Positions 40,888 through 49,896 of a stretch of DNA of 64,000 nucleotides are shown here, piece after piece; position 1 is the stretch's first letter; every line of letters begins with the position of its first letter. The stretch is from UHGV virus genome UHGV-0039337; one strand, 5' to 3'. Source of the stretch: a virus. The notes below the pieces were generated by a model, which saw nothing but the letters and a program-made list of their open reading frames with translations, was not told the DNA's origin and did no database searches. The position numbers were made by a program, and so were the translations under genes.

Positions 40888-40946
40888 GGTTTTTTACCAC
40901 CTTTTTTAGTGCCTTTCTTTCCGTCTTTTTTCTTTCCGCAAGCCAT
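40881..40946 (-). CDS. Possible 21-aa Lys/Gly-rich upstream ORF (MACGKKKDGKKGTKKGGKKPC) whose stop overlaps the start of the next gene (ccATGcTAA).
   Basis: Read from the minus strand. GGTGGTGATATAA precedes the ATG. Could be spurious. Confidence 0.25.
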   Translation of the reverse strand: MACGKKKDGKKGTKKGGKKPC

Positions 40947-40951
40947 TTATA

Positions 40952-41485
40952 TCACCACCAATTTAGATATCTTTTCTTAATGGTCTACAAGGAATAGGCT
41001 ATGCCGACTATTCCCTATAGACAAACTGTACAGTTATTTATTGAGGTATCCTCGCTAACTCGAGGATACTATTCTATGGCATCTGCCGTTTCTTTTTACA
41101 GTCGGTAATGTGCCATCACAGTTTGAAAATAACTTAAAAGCTACCAAGTTTCTGGACTCAAACCATTACCTACTTTTCTTTGTATAGTGAGAAAAAGCTT
41201 AAAAACTCACATATATATCACTTTTAAAAAATATGTATTTCAAAAAAGTTGCCCGTGATATCATAATTCTAATGAGTTGAGATACATTTTGCTCTCTTAA
41301 GTATAGTTTAAAAATATCTACCACAATTCAATACGAATGAAAGGAGGGAGCCACCGATTGGCTCCCTAATAAATATGGAGGGAGATATTATAAATCAACT
41401 GCAATTAAACTTAATTGCTTCCTAGGTACAGTTACTGTTGTAACTAATTTACTAGGCTCATAAGGTCGTTGTAACCTCATTGATA
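40952..41485 (-). other. GC-enriched, ORF-free, highly structured region. Candidate long structured 5' leader or ncRNA transcribed leftward.
   Basis: Multiple perfect hairpins (GTATCCTCG-ctaact-CGAGGATAC; GGAATAG...CTATTCC; GGGAGCC-accgatt-GGCTCCC; AGTTAC-tgtt-GTAACT) plus long-range complementarity (GGTAATG...CATTACC; GACTGTA...TACAGT). A minus-strand sigmaA-like promoter candidate, TTGAAA-17-TGATATATA, lies at about 41215-41255. Confidence 0.35.
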
Positions 41486-41524
41486 ATAAAATTAGAAAGA
41501 GAAAATATAAGAGCTTTTTGCTCT
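41486..41524 (-). terminator. Rho-independent terminator for the leftward operon, downstream of the giant hydrolase gene.
   Basis: On the minus strand: AGAGC-aaaaa-GCTCT followed by UAUAUUUUCUCUUUCU. Confidence 0.6.
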
Positions 41525-41573
41525 CTACTAACTATTACTTAATAATATCTGTCTAATAGATTGTTTTGTAGAT

Positions 41574-44500
41574 TTATTTATATTTAGTCCAAAAACTTTG
41601 ACTAGTTATATTAACATCGTCTTTACAGAATTTAGTTACTTTATAAGTTGTTCCTCCATTTTTAACATAGTCTCTCCACAAAGTTTCACTATGAGCCATA
41701 TGCTTATAACAATATGTAACTGAAGCTGATACTCCTTTGCCAGAACCCCAAGATACTACGTATACGTCCATACGTCTATTACCATAATATACACTAGCTG
41801 GACAACAAATATCAAAATCAAATCCTGCATTACCAGTATCAGTTACAGTAAATATACAACTAGGATTTGCTGTTTGTCTACCTTTAAAGTATGGAATATA
41901 TACTTTAGTTCCATATGGAAGGTTATGAGAAGCTACCGTATTACATCTATTACTATGTAATCGATTACCTAAAGCATCGTTATATCCGCCTTCTCCTTCT
42001 TTGTATTGAGTACACTTAGATCCTTTAAGAGCCATTATGTATTTTACTCCATCTATTTCGCCTGCAGTTTCATCTATACCTGAACCGCCATTTTTAGAAG
42101 ATTTATCTGCGTTTATTAATGATTGTGGTCTTAGGAAATAACTATGTCCTGCATGTTTTCCTGTTACATAATAGTCTGCTTTTTCATATTTAATTCCATC
42201 ACGAGGACTTGAACTATGAGCTATCATTCCGTCTCCCATATAGATAATAGCATGTGTAGCTTTACATTCACTACCATTTGATAGATTATTTTTATCTATT
42301 AAACCTGGGCCATATGTCATTAATACATCTCCTGGTAATGCTTTAGCCATACCTTCTTTATCAGCGAACCATATCTTACCGCCTTTTTTAACTACTTCTT
42401 GTGCTAAAGTATTTCCCCCTGGATTTCCTTGTCCTGTGCTTCCGCTATAGAAATCAGAAAGGCCTGCTGCTTTATAACAACATGATACAAATGATGTACA
42501 GTCATAACCTATTTTACCATCAGAACATTTTTGTGGTTTATCATGGTCTACAGTTCTTGGGCTATTAGAATATTTAGCTTTTCCATCTTTGTATTCTTGT
42601 ACTATAGTTTTAGCCATTTCCGTAATTTTCTTTCTTATTGTTGCTCCGTTACCGTTTACTGAATCATCTATATCAGAGTTACCGTTATTATTACCATTGC
42701 CATTACCAGCACTATTAGCAGTTAATCCTATATTGCCTTTAATTCCATTATCGTATTCATAACCAGTTCTATTAAGATTAAAGTTTTCAAAGTAGAAATC
42801 TAATGAACTGTATTTATTTATTTGGACACTATCATCTTTTTCTCTTGTGTCTATCCATTCACCAGAAGCTATAATATCATATGTCTTTTTATCGATGCCC
42901 ATTTGTGTAGACTTTTCAGCTGAAGCTACGTTATCTTCTCCTGGGTCACCTTTTTGATTTTTATACTTAGCTGCTATTTTTTCTGTAGGATAGGCTTTAA
43001 TATCTGGACGTTGTAAATCAACAGATTCTTCTGTCCAATCCATCATAAATAAATAATCGCTAGGAAGTAGTTTATCTAATTCTTTAGCTCGTTCTTCTTT
43101 ATCAGTATATTTTTTCTTTATTTCTTTTTCTTTTAATTTTTTGTCAGCTGTTTGCCATTCATCTATCAAACTCTTTGGTTTTTTCTTTTCTTTTTTATTA
43201 GTATTAATATAATTATATCTTGAACTTCTTTTTTCTACATCATTTAAATTTTTGAAATCATCTAATGACATATAAGACATTTGCATATCATCAAGTATAG
43301 CTGAACCGTTAAATCCTGTTTCATCAAGTATATCATATATTGCACCTACGATAGGTTCATATCTAGTACATGTTAAACATTGATCCATGGTAACAGTTGC
43401 ACCGTCATGTACTCTATCGTCTCTTAAACATCTTATACATTTATATTTTCCCATTACACTTTGTCCACCATAATATACACAGTTTATATTAACACGTGAA
43501 GCCATACGTCCTAGATATCTAGTTACTGTTGATAATATGTTTTCTATACGTACTAATCTTTGTTCAGTCATCTTAGATTGATTAATAGCCATATCATTAA
43601 GCATTGCAAAATTCTTAGCCATAGGATGTGCTATCGGACATCCAGGATGATTACAACTATATACTCTATTTTCTATTTCATCTATTAAAACTTTAGGATA
43701 ATGATTCTCTAAGTCAGTTATCTTATCGTCATATGGATAAGGGTCCATATAGTTTACTGGTTTACCACTAGATTTTTTAGTTTTCTTATCTAGTAATTTA
43801 TAGTCATATGAGTATGATTTATCAAGTGCATCTTCAAGAGATATAGAAGCATCTTCTATTGTTGTTAATGGTATACTATTTTTGCTTAAAGAATCATAAG
43901 TACTAGTAGTATATTTAGGAGGTATAACTAAGTCTGGATATATAGGATCAACCTTACAGTCCATATTCTTATATAGTACACTTAATTCATCTACTGGTTT
44001 AACACAGTGATCTACAGAACCAGGACCTGTTTCTACTACTTTATAACGTATCATATTATCAGTAAAAGTATAAATCTTTTCAGTTAATACTTCTAAACGA
44101 GAATCTGAAGTTAATCCTACAGTTTTAACTTCTACCAAATCTTTATCATATGGTTCAAATGAGTTAGTATATATGTCTATATTAGCTGCTGTAGAATATG
44201 TCATTATTTCTTCATATTCTTTTTGTGTTATAATAGTTTTTATATCTGGTTGTGTAGCGTTAGCTTCAGTAGGTTTTGCTACTTTATATATCATTACACC
44301 ACCATTATCTATAGATGTAGTACCTAATCCAGATAATGTTATTCCTGATGTACTGCTACTATCTCCTATTGTATTATCTATGTTATTCTTATATATTTTT
44401 TCTATTGTTATATCATCTATATATAAATCAAACTTATTTTTGCTTCCTATGAATAGTTTGTAATTACTATCTTCTAATCCAGTAAATATACATCCTATAC

Positions 44501-47500
44501 GTGTCCATATAGTATTTGATATTCCTGATATATCTACTTCTTTTTCGTATTTAACTTTATTTGATTTATCTAATAGTTTTATTGATATATTTGTCTGTTT
44601 TAGTTTGTCTGGATCTAGTGGGCCACTATTTTCATCTTTTTGTGTGACTTGTTTTATATAAAATAATACTCTTAAATAACATTTGCTATCTTTTGCGTCA
44701 AAGTTTTGTGATATACCTGATATCTTATTGCTCGCATTTTTTATACGTGCAAATCCAGTTTTTCTATAAGGCCAATGTCCTTTAGTTCCCCATTCTGGGT
44801 TTGTTATACGTGAGAATTCTATAGAACCCATTTTTGACCACATTGATATATCGTCTTCTTCGAAATCAGCATTTTTTAATGATACTAAGTCAAGATTTCC
44901 TGACGAATTATTATTTTCTTCTTCGCCGTTATCCGGTTTTATTACTTCATCTCCAGGATCTTTTCCATTAGATACTTTAAAATCAGAGTTATCAAATGTA
45001 ACAGCATATGCTTTAACGTATCCAGATGTATCGTTTGTTTTTATTTTATATAAGCCTAGTTTTACATCTGTTCCTATAATAACTACTTTAGTTTGCTCAC
45101 TAAGGTCTTTATTTTGTTTTGCTAATTTAGTGTCTTTATAATAATCTGTATTTTCAAATTTAATCCAACATGTTTGTCCAACATAACTTTGAGATACTTC
45201 TCCATGATTTTTACCTATTACTACCACGTCTTCTTTTAATACATAACCAGTTTTCTTATTAAATTTACATTTATAATATGTGTTCTTTTCTCCGGTTATT
45301 TCTAATTCATCACCAACTGCTAATTTTGCTACTTTGCCTGCTTTTTCTTTTGCATCCTTTTTCATTTCTGTTCCTGATGTATTACCTACATAACAATACT
45401 GCTTATCGTTTTTAGTTTTCGGAGCTCTCATAGCAAATGTAGATGCATGATTTTCTTCTTTTGGTTCATCATGATGGTCACTATCTCCAACCATAAGTAT
45501 TTCAGTTACCAATGTAATATTAGTTGTAGATTCTATTATGCTTTTTATATTATTATAATATGTTATATAATTATTTAATGTTATTCCATCAGAGTTAACG
45601 ATAGAATCTTTTAAATATCCCTCTGAATCCATTAAGTCTTTAGATATATCTATAAAATAAAATCCATTTTTTATACAGTATGATTTTAAATTATTATTGT
45701 ATTTATCAAGAGCTTCATTAAAAGCATCTGCACTTTTATAATCTTGCTCTGAATATCTTTTTCCACAATGAGGTAATTTAGCTACATATACAGGAACGTT
45801 ATTATATAGCTCTTTTATTTTATTTAAAAATCTTACTGTATCATTAGATTCTAAGTTTTCTTTTAATCTGTTATATCCTAAATGTATATATACAAATGAG
45901 ACGTCTTTATTCATTCCTTCTAGTCTGTCTATATTCTTAGTAGGATTGTAATAATAAGAAGAATCTTTAGATATTGCAGCTTCACATATACTATATGTTT
46001 CACCTGTACTGCTTACAAAGTAACTTCCTTCTAATTCATTACTATCTCCTACTATTAGATCTCTCATTTCATATTCCCAGTTATCTCCTATAAACAATCC
46101 AGGATATTGAGTTGGATATATTTCTTCGGTATCGTTATCATCATCTATAGTAGCAATAGCATTAACAGCTCTTTTCCTTGCGGCAAAAGTTTTGACTGCT
46201 GCAGATTTTGCATCACTGTTAGCACTTATGTGACTATCAGTATTATTTTTCTTACCATTTGGAGATACATAATTTAATGGATTTACTGGTGTACCTTTTG
46301 TACCTGAAAAATCTTTATGTACTTCAAAATGTAAGTGAGGTCCGGTACCTATACCAGAGTTACCTACTTCTGCTATCTTATCGCCTTGTTTAACTGATTG
46401 CCCTACTGTTACTATATATTTATTAAGATGTTGATATAATGTTCCTATTCCGTTTCCGTGATCTATTACTACGTAATTACCACGTCCACCATTATATCCT
46501 GTTTTTGCTACAACTACTTTACCAGAATCAGCTGCTATAACTTTTGTACCTTTAGATGCTGGTATATCTAAGCCTCTATGAAATGTAGAAGCTCCAGGAG
46601 TTGGCGCTTTTCTTGGTCCAAAATTTGAAGATATTCTAGTTGATCCAGGTAATGGCCATATAAAATTACCTGAGCCTTTCTCATTTCCGTCACTGTTATT
46701 GTCGTTATTATTGTTGCTATTGTCATTATTACCATTGCCATTGTTTCCAGGTACTATTACTCCATTAGGAAGTGGAGCTGTTTCTATAAAGTTATTAGTA
46801 TTTTGGTTCGTTAATAGATTATTAGGTATATAAGTCGATGTAACTTTACCATACTTTTTATTTAACCAACTTACTTGTTTATCTACTTCTTTACAAAATG
46901 CTATCCATTTATCCTTGTCTAAATACAAGAATGGTGACGGCGCTCTATTAAGATCAAATTCACGCCATAATTGTTTACTAGTAAAGCCTTCATCATATAA
47001 TGCTTTAGCGCATTGTTCTATTAATTTTTTCTCTGTTTTAGGATAATCAACATTACCTGTTTTTTCTACTAAATCATATTCATCATAGAAGAATTCTCCT
47101 ATACTTAATGTGTATTTAGGATGTTGATTATTAAATAGATTGGCGTCTATATATGTATGCGTATTGTTATCAACACTCGCAAAACATATTTTCCCTTTAT
47201 CTACTTTATCCCATGTTATAACTTTTTTATCTGTAGTATTAGATACTGTTTTATTTGTATTTTTTGTGTTTACAAATGCAGCTCTAGTCAAAGCAAACAT
47301 AGTTGTTTCGACTTGTGGGAAAGGATTCTTTTTATATCCTCCTCCAGGTTCTACATAATCTAATGGATCTACATACTTACCATCTATCAGCATTCCAAAA
47401 TGTAAATGCATTAAAGGATTTGACACTGTAACACCTGTTGTACCTATACATTGACCTTTTGTTACAGTGTCTCCTTCTTTTACCTTTATCTCATCAAGTG

Positions 47501-49415
47501 AACCATATACGGTTTGTACTTTATTTCCGTGATCTATACGTACGTAGCCTTTTAATTTAGTATCCGTTAATACTTTTTTTACTACACCATCTGCGTAACA
47601 GAATGCTCCGCTCCCTGTATAATTTGCTATATCAATACCTGGATGGTAATTATATCCGAGCGTATCCGTTCTATATCCAAAGTATGATTGTATATATGTT
47701 TGCATAGGTGCAGGCCAACCAAATGGCTCACTTTGTTGTTGCACTGTTATTTCATCGTTTAAATATGTGCCGTAATCATTTGCATATGCTGATATTTGTT
47801 CTTGATCATAAGATCTATCAGCAAATGTGCTAAATGTTTTCGCTCTTAATCGTTTAGAACCTGATGAGTTAGAAAATTTATCGTACCATTTTTGTGCGTA
47901 TTTTCCTCTAATTCCTGTACCATCCGCACCATCTTCCGCTCTTTCAAAAACATGGCCAAATATTTTAGCTGCTTGTTTAGGATCGGTTAACTTCTTCCAT
48001 GAATCTAGCGTCATATTATATCTTGATTTTCTTAAATGATCAATATATGAATCTCCGCTCCATTCTATCCACATATATTGTATTTGAATATCTGGATCCG
48101 ACCATTCTTTACCAGCTTTTTTGGCGTAATTTTTTAAGGCATTTGCTCTATCGCCTAATAGTTGAAATAATCCTGTAGCTCCTAATCTATTTACATTTTT
48201 TGGATCGAAACTAGATTCTGTTTCTGCATTACCTACTATACCACAAGCTGCAGCTACACTACATCCTTGTGAGATACAATAATTATATATTTTGGTAGGT
48301 ATATCATTTCCGTCTATCTTGTTTATCCCTTCTGATTCTTTTCCTTCCTCCGGTGTTGATCCATCAGTAGAGTTATTGCCTCCATTATTAACTGTAACAT
48401 TTTCTCCGTTTATGATTACAGTTTGATTTAATGGATCTTTAGGTTTTACTTCAAAATCTGATAACGATGAACCTACTATATTACCACCTGTAGTTTGTCC
48501 ACTTGCAGGTTTTTTATTAAAATCTATCTTAGTATCTTTATCCACTTTATAATGAAAGTTTCTATCCCACCCTAGACTTTCAAAATACTTAGCCATACTG
48601 TCTGCAGTACAGTCATGGTAAGGTGGATACATATGCAAGGTTATACCTTTTATCTTATGCATATCTACCCAGTTGTCACTTACATTAGCATTAGGTAATG
48701 ATTCTTGTACAGTAGTAGTGTTATTATAAATTACTGTTATGGAATTGCCTGAACCACTTCCATAATTATTCCCTGAATTACCTTCAGATGGTGCATTGTT
48801 TCCTGAACCATCACCTGTATTTCCATTATCACCAGGTTCTGCTCCGTCTTCTGAACCTAGCTTTTTAAATTTGCTAGAATCTAAATTAAATTTTTTATCG
48901 CCTATTTTAAAACCACAAATAAAACCATCTGATGCATGTGATCTAGGTCTTATTCCTGAAGAGAATACTCCTCTAGGGTCATTTATTACTACATCGTTTC
49001 CGCTCATGGCTACTAATACTACATAGTGTCCTGCTGGTCCATAGCATGTTCTTAAACATCTTTCATGCCAGCTTGTACCAGGATCTTTTCGTCCATCTAA
49101 TACTATTGGATATCCTTGTTTAGCTAATTCACAGCATTTATCAAAACTAGTTATCTTTTCTACTGGTACATTAAATTGTTTACTGATATAAGGGAATAAT
49201 GTATTTTTATCTGCGCCACCACTTGGATTCCATCCATGGCCTTTACATTTTTGACATAGCATATTAGGCGCTACATCTTTACCTAATGCTTTTAGTACCA
49301 TAGATATGGCAGTAGTTGCGCAACCTGCATTCATAATATCCTCATCTATATTTTTATAAGCAACTTGTGACCAATAAGGGAAATCGTTGACTGTTTGTAC
49401 TGGTAGCTCTTGCAT
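41574..49415 (-). CDS. Giant (2613 aa) multi-domain peptidoglycan hydrolase with six lytic domains. Probably a virion-associated tail/ejection lysin.
   Basis: Domains: C39-like Cys peptidase (GCATTAISMVL...HYVVLVAM); SLT-like (GNAETESSFDP...GATGLFQL); M23 no.1 (YHPGIDI...RIDHGN...HLHFGM); M23 no.2 (FHRGLDI...VIDHGNG...HLHFEVH); possible GDSL/SGNH (LIVGDSN; LMVGDSD); NlpC/P60 (GYDCTSFV...THAIIYMGDG); 3D (TVTDTGNAGFDFDICC). Confidence 0.85.
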   Translation of the reverse strand: MQELPVQTVNDFPYWSQVAYKNIDEDIMNAGCATTAISMVLKALGKDVAPNMLCQKCKGHGWNPSGGADKNTLFPYISKQFNVPVEKITSFDKCCELAKQGYPIVLDGRKDPGTSWHERCLRTCYGPAGHYVVLVAMSGNDVVINDPRGVFSSGIRPRSHASDGFICGFKIGDKKFNLDSSKFKKLGSEDGAEPGDNGNTGDGSGNNAPSEGNSGNNYGSGSGNSITVIYNNTTTVQESLPNANVSDNWVDMHKIKGITLHMYPPYHDCTADSMAKYFESLGWDRNFHYKVDKDTKIDFNKKPASGQTTGGNIVGSSLSDFEVKPKDPLNQTVIINGENVTVNNGGNNSTDGSTPEEGKESEGINKIDGNDIPTKIYNYCISQGCSVAAACGIVGNAETESSFDPKNVNRLGATGLFQLLGDRANALKNYAKKAGKEWSDPDIQIQYMWIEWSGDSYIDHLRKSRYNMTLDSWKKLTDPKQAAKIFGHVFERAEDGADGTGIRGKYAQKWYDKFSNSSGSKRLRAKTFSTFADRSYDQEQISAYANDYGTYLNDEITVQQQSEPFGWPAPMQTYIQSYFGYRTDTLGYNYHPGIDIANYTGSGAFCYADGVVKKVLTDTKLKGYVRIDHGNKVQTVYGSLDEIKVKEGDTVTKGQCIGTTGVTVSNPLMHLHFGMLIDGKYVDPLDYVEPGGGYKKNPFPQVETTMFALTRAAFVNTKNTNKTVSNTTDKKVITWDKVDKGKICFASVDNNTHTYIDANLFNNQHPKYTLSIGEFFYDEYDLVEKTGNVDYPKTEKKLIEQCAKALYDEGFTSKQLWREFDLNRAPSPFLYLDKDKWIAFCKEVDKQVSWLNKKYGKVTSTYIPNNLLTNQNTNNFIETAPLPNGVIVPGNNGNGNNDNSNNNNDNNSDGNEKGSGNFIWPLPGSTRISSNFGPRKAPTPGASTFHRGLDIPASKGTKVIAADSGKVVVAKTGYNGGRGNYVVIDHGNGIGTLYQHLNKYIVTVGQSVKQGDKIAEVGNSGIGTGPHLHFEVHKDFSGTKGTPVNPLNYVSPNGKKNNTDSHISANSDAKSAAVKTFAARKRAVNAIATIDDDNDTEEIYPTQYPGLFIGDNWEYEMRDLIVGDSNELEGSYFVSSTGETYSICEAAISKDSSYYYNPTKNIDRLEGMNKDVSFVYIHLGYNRLKENLESNDTVRFLNKIKELYNNVPVYVAKLPHCGKRYSEQDYKSADAFNEALDKYNNNLKSYCIKNGFYFIDISKDLMDSEGYLKDSIVNSDGITLNNYITYYNNIKSIIESTTNITLVTEILMVGDSDHHDEPKEENHASTFAMRAPKTKNDKQYCYVGNTSGTEMKKDAKEKAGKVAKLAVGDELEITGEKNTYYKCKFNKKTGYVLKEDVVVIGKNHGEVSQSYVGQTCWIKFENTDYYKDTKLAKQNKDLSEQTKVVIIGTDVKLGLYKIKTNDTSGYVKAYAVTFDNSDFKVSNGKDPGDEVIKPDNGEEENNNSSGNLDLVSLKNADFEEDDISMWSKMGSIEFSRITNPEWGTKGHWPYRKTGFARIKNASNKISGISQNFDAKDSKCYLRVLFYIKQVTQKDENSGPLDPDKLKQTNISIKLLDKSNKVKYEKEVDISGISNTIWTRIGCIFTGLEDSNYKLFIGSKNKFDLYIDDITIEKIYKNNIDNTIGDSSSTSGITLSGLGTTSIDNGGVMIYKVAKPTEANATQPDIKTIITQKEYEEIMTYSTAANIDIYTNSFEPYDKDLVEVKTVGLTSDSRLEVLTEKIYTFTDNMIRYKVVETGPGSVDHCVKPVDELSVLYKNMDCKVDPIYPDLVIPPKYTTSTYDSLSKNSIPLTTIEDASISLEDALDKSYSYDYKLLDKKTKKSSGKPVNYMDPYPYDDKITDLENHYPKVLIDEIENRVYSCNHPGCPIAHPMAKNFAMLNDMAINQSKMTEQRLVRIENILSTVTRYLGRMASRVNINCVYYGGQSVMGKYKCIRCLRDDRVHDGATVTMDQCLTCTRYEPIVGAIYDILDETGFNGSAILDDMQMSYMSLDDFKNLNDVEKRSSRYNYINTNKKEKKKPKSLIDEWQTADKKLKEKEIKKKYTDKEERAKELDKLLPSDYLFMMDWTEESVDLQRPDIKAYPTEKIAAKYKNQKGDPGEDNVASAEKSTQMGIDKKTYDIIASGEWIDTREKDDSVQINKYSSLDFYFENFNLNRTGYEYDNGIKGNIGLTANSAGNGNGNNNGNSDIDDSVNGNGATIRKKITEMAKTIVQEYKDGKAKYSNSPRTVDHDKPQKCSDGKIGYDCTSFVSCCYKAAGLSDFYSGSTGQGNPGGNTLAQEVVKKGGKIWFADKEGMAKALPGDVLMTYGPGLIDKNNLSNGSECKATHAIIYMGDGMIAHSSSPRDGIKYEKADYYVTGKHAGHSYFLRPQSLINADKSSKNGGSGIDETAGEIDGVKYIMALKGSKCTQYKEGEGGYNDALGNRLHSNRCNTVASHNLPYGTKVYIPYFKGRQTANPSCIFTVTDTGNAGFDFDICCPASVYYGNRRMDVYVVSWGSGKGVSASVTYCYKHMAHSETLWRDYVKNGGTTYKVTKFCKDDVNITSQSFWTKYK

Positions 49416-49831
49416 TATTTATCCCTCTTATCTGTTGAAGATGCAGTAATTGTATTATCTAATATTTGTTGTCTTATTTTAGCGGCAGCTTGAGAGTCAT
49501 GTATGCCTAAATTAGCATAATCTATATCCCAAGTGTCTTTATCTTCTTCATACCATTGCTTTCTATCTAACAATGTTTTATTCATATATTCTCTTTCTGC
49601 TTCACGTAATGAAGTTATATAATCAAAGCCTTCCATATATTGTTGCGCTTTAGCGTAACCTTCTTCTCTTTTCTTTTCCCATTTTCTATCATGAGCATAA
49701 TTAAAATCTATTATAGCTCCATCTGTTGTGTCGATAAAGTACTCATCGCCATAAGCTAATAACTTATAGTAAGGAATATCGCATCTGATGCATTCATTAG
49801 GTTCTGTTATTCTACATAATATTAATGACAA
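49415..49831 (-). CDS. Hypothetical protein (138 aa). Its stop overlaps the giant-hydrolase start (TAATG).
   Basis: ORF with a GGAGG RBS, translationally coupled to the downstream gene. Confidence 0.5.
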   Translation of the reverse strand: MSLILCRITEPNECIRCDIPYYKLLAYGDEYFIDTTDGAIIDFNYAHDRKWEKKREEGYAKAQQYMEGFDYITSLREAEREYMNKTLLDRKQWYEEDKDTWDIDYANLGIHDSQAAAKIRQQILDNTITASSTDKRDK

Positions 49832-49896
49832 AAAATCGCCTCCATTTCATAGTAATCGTATATAATATATATTACTGAAATGAAGACGATTATATC

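Noticed and set aside
40981-41075. Minus-strand sequence ending ...CCUUGUAGACCA, which resembles a tRNA 3' end (acceptor stem plus ACCA).
   Set aside because: The adjacent hairpin has a 7-bp stem and a 10-nt loop rather than a 5-bp/7-nt T-arm. No complementary 5' acceptor strand, D-arm or anticodon arm could be found. It is treated as part of the larger structured region instead.
44173-49026. Several 70-96-aa plus-strand ORFs inside the giant minus-strand hydrolase gene. The same pattern occurs inside the SNF2, DnaE2 and other minus-strand genes (51821..52033, 52762..53025, 57419..57760, 59484..59723, 60322..60708, 60834..61067, 61750..62037, 62188..62436).
   Set aside because: These are shadow ORFs on the non-coding strand of well-supported genes.
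41574-49415. Interpreting the 2613-aa protein as a conventional tape-measure protein.
   Set aside because: It lies outside the structural gene block, on the opposite strand, in an operon with replication and anti-restriction genes. Much of it is globular catalytic domains rather than helical ruler. A virion-associated lysin or ejection role is still considered likely.
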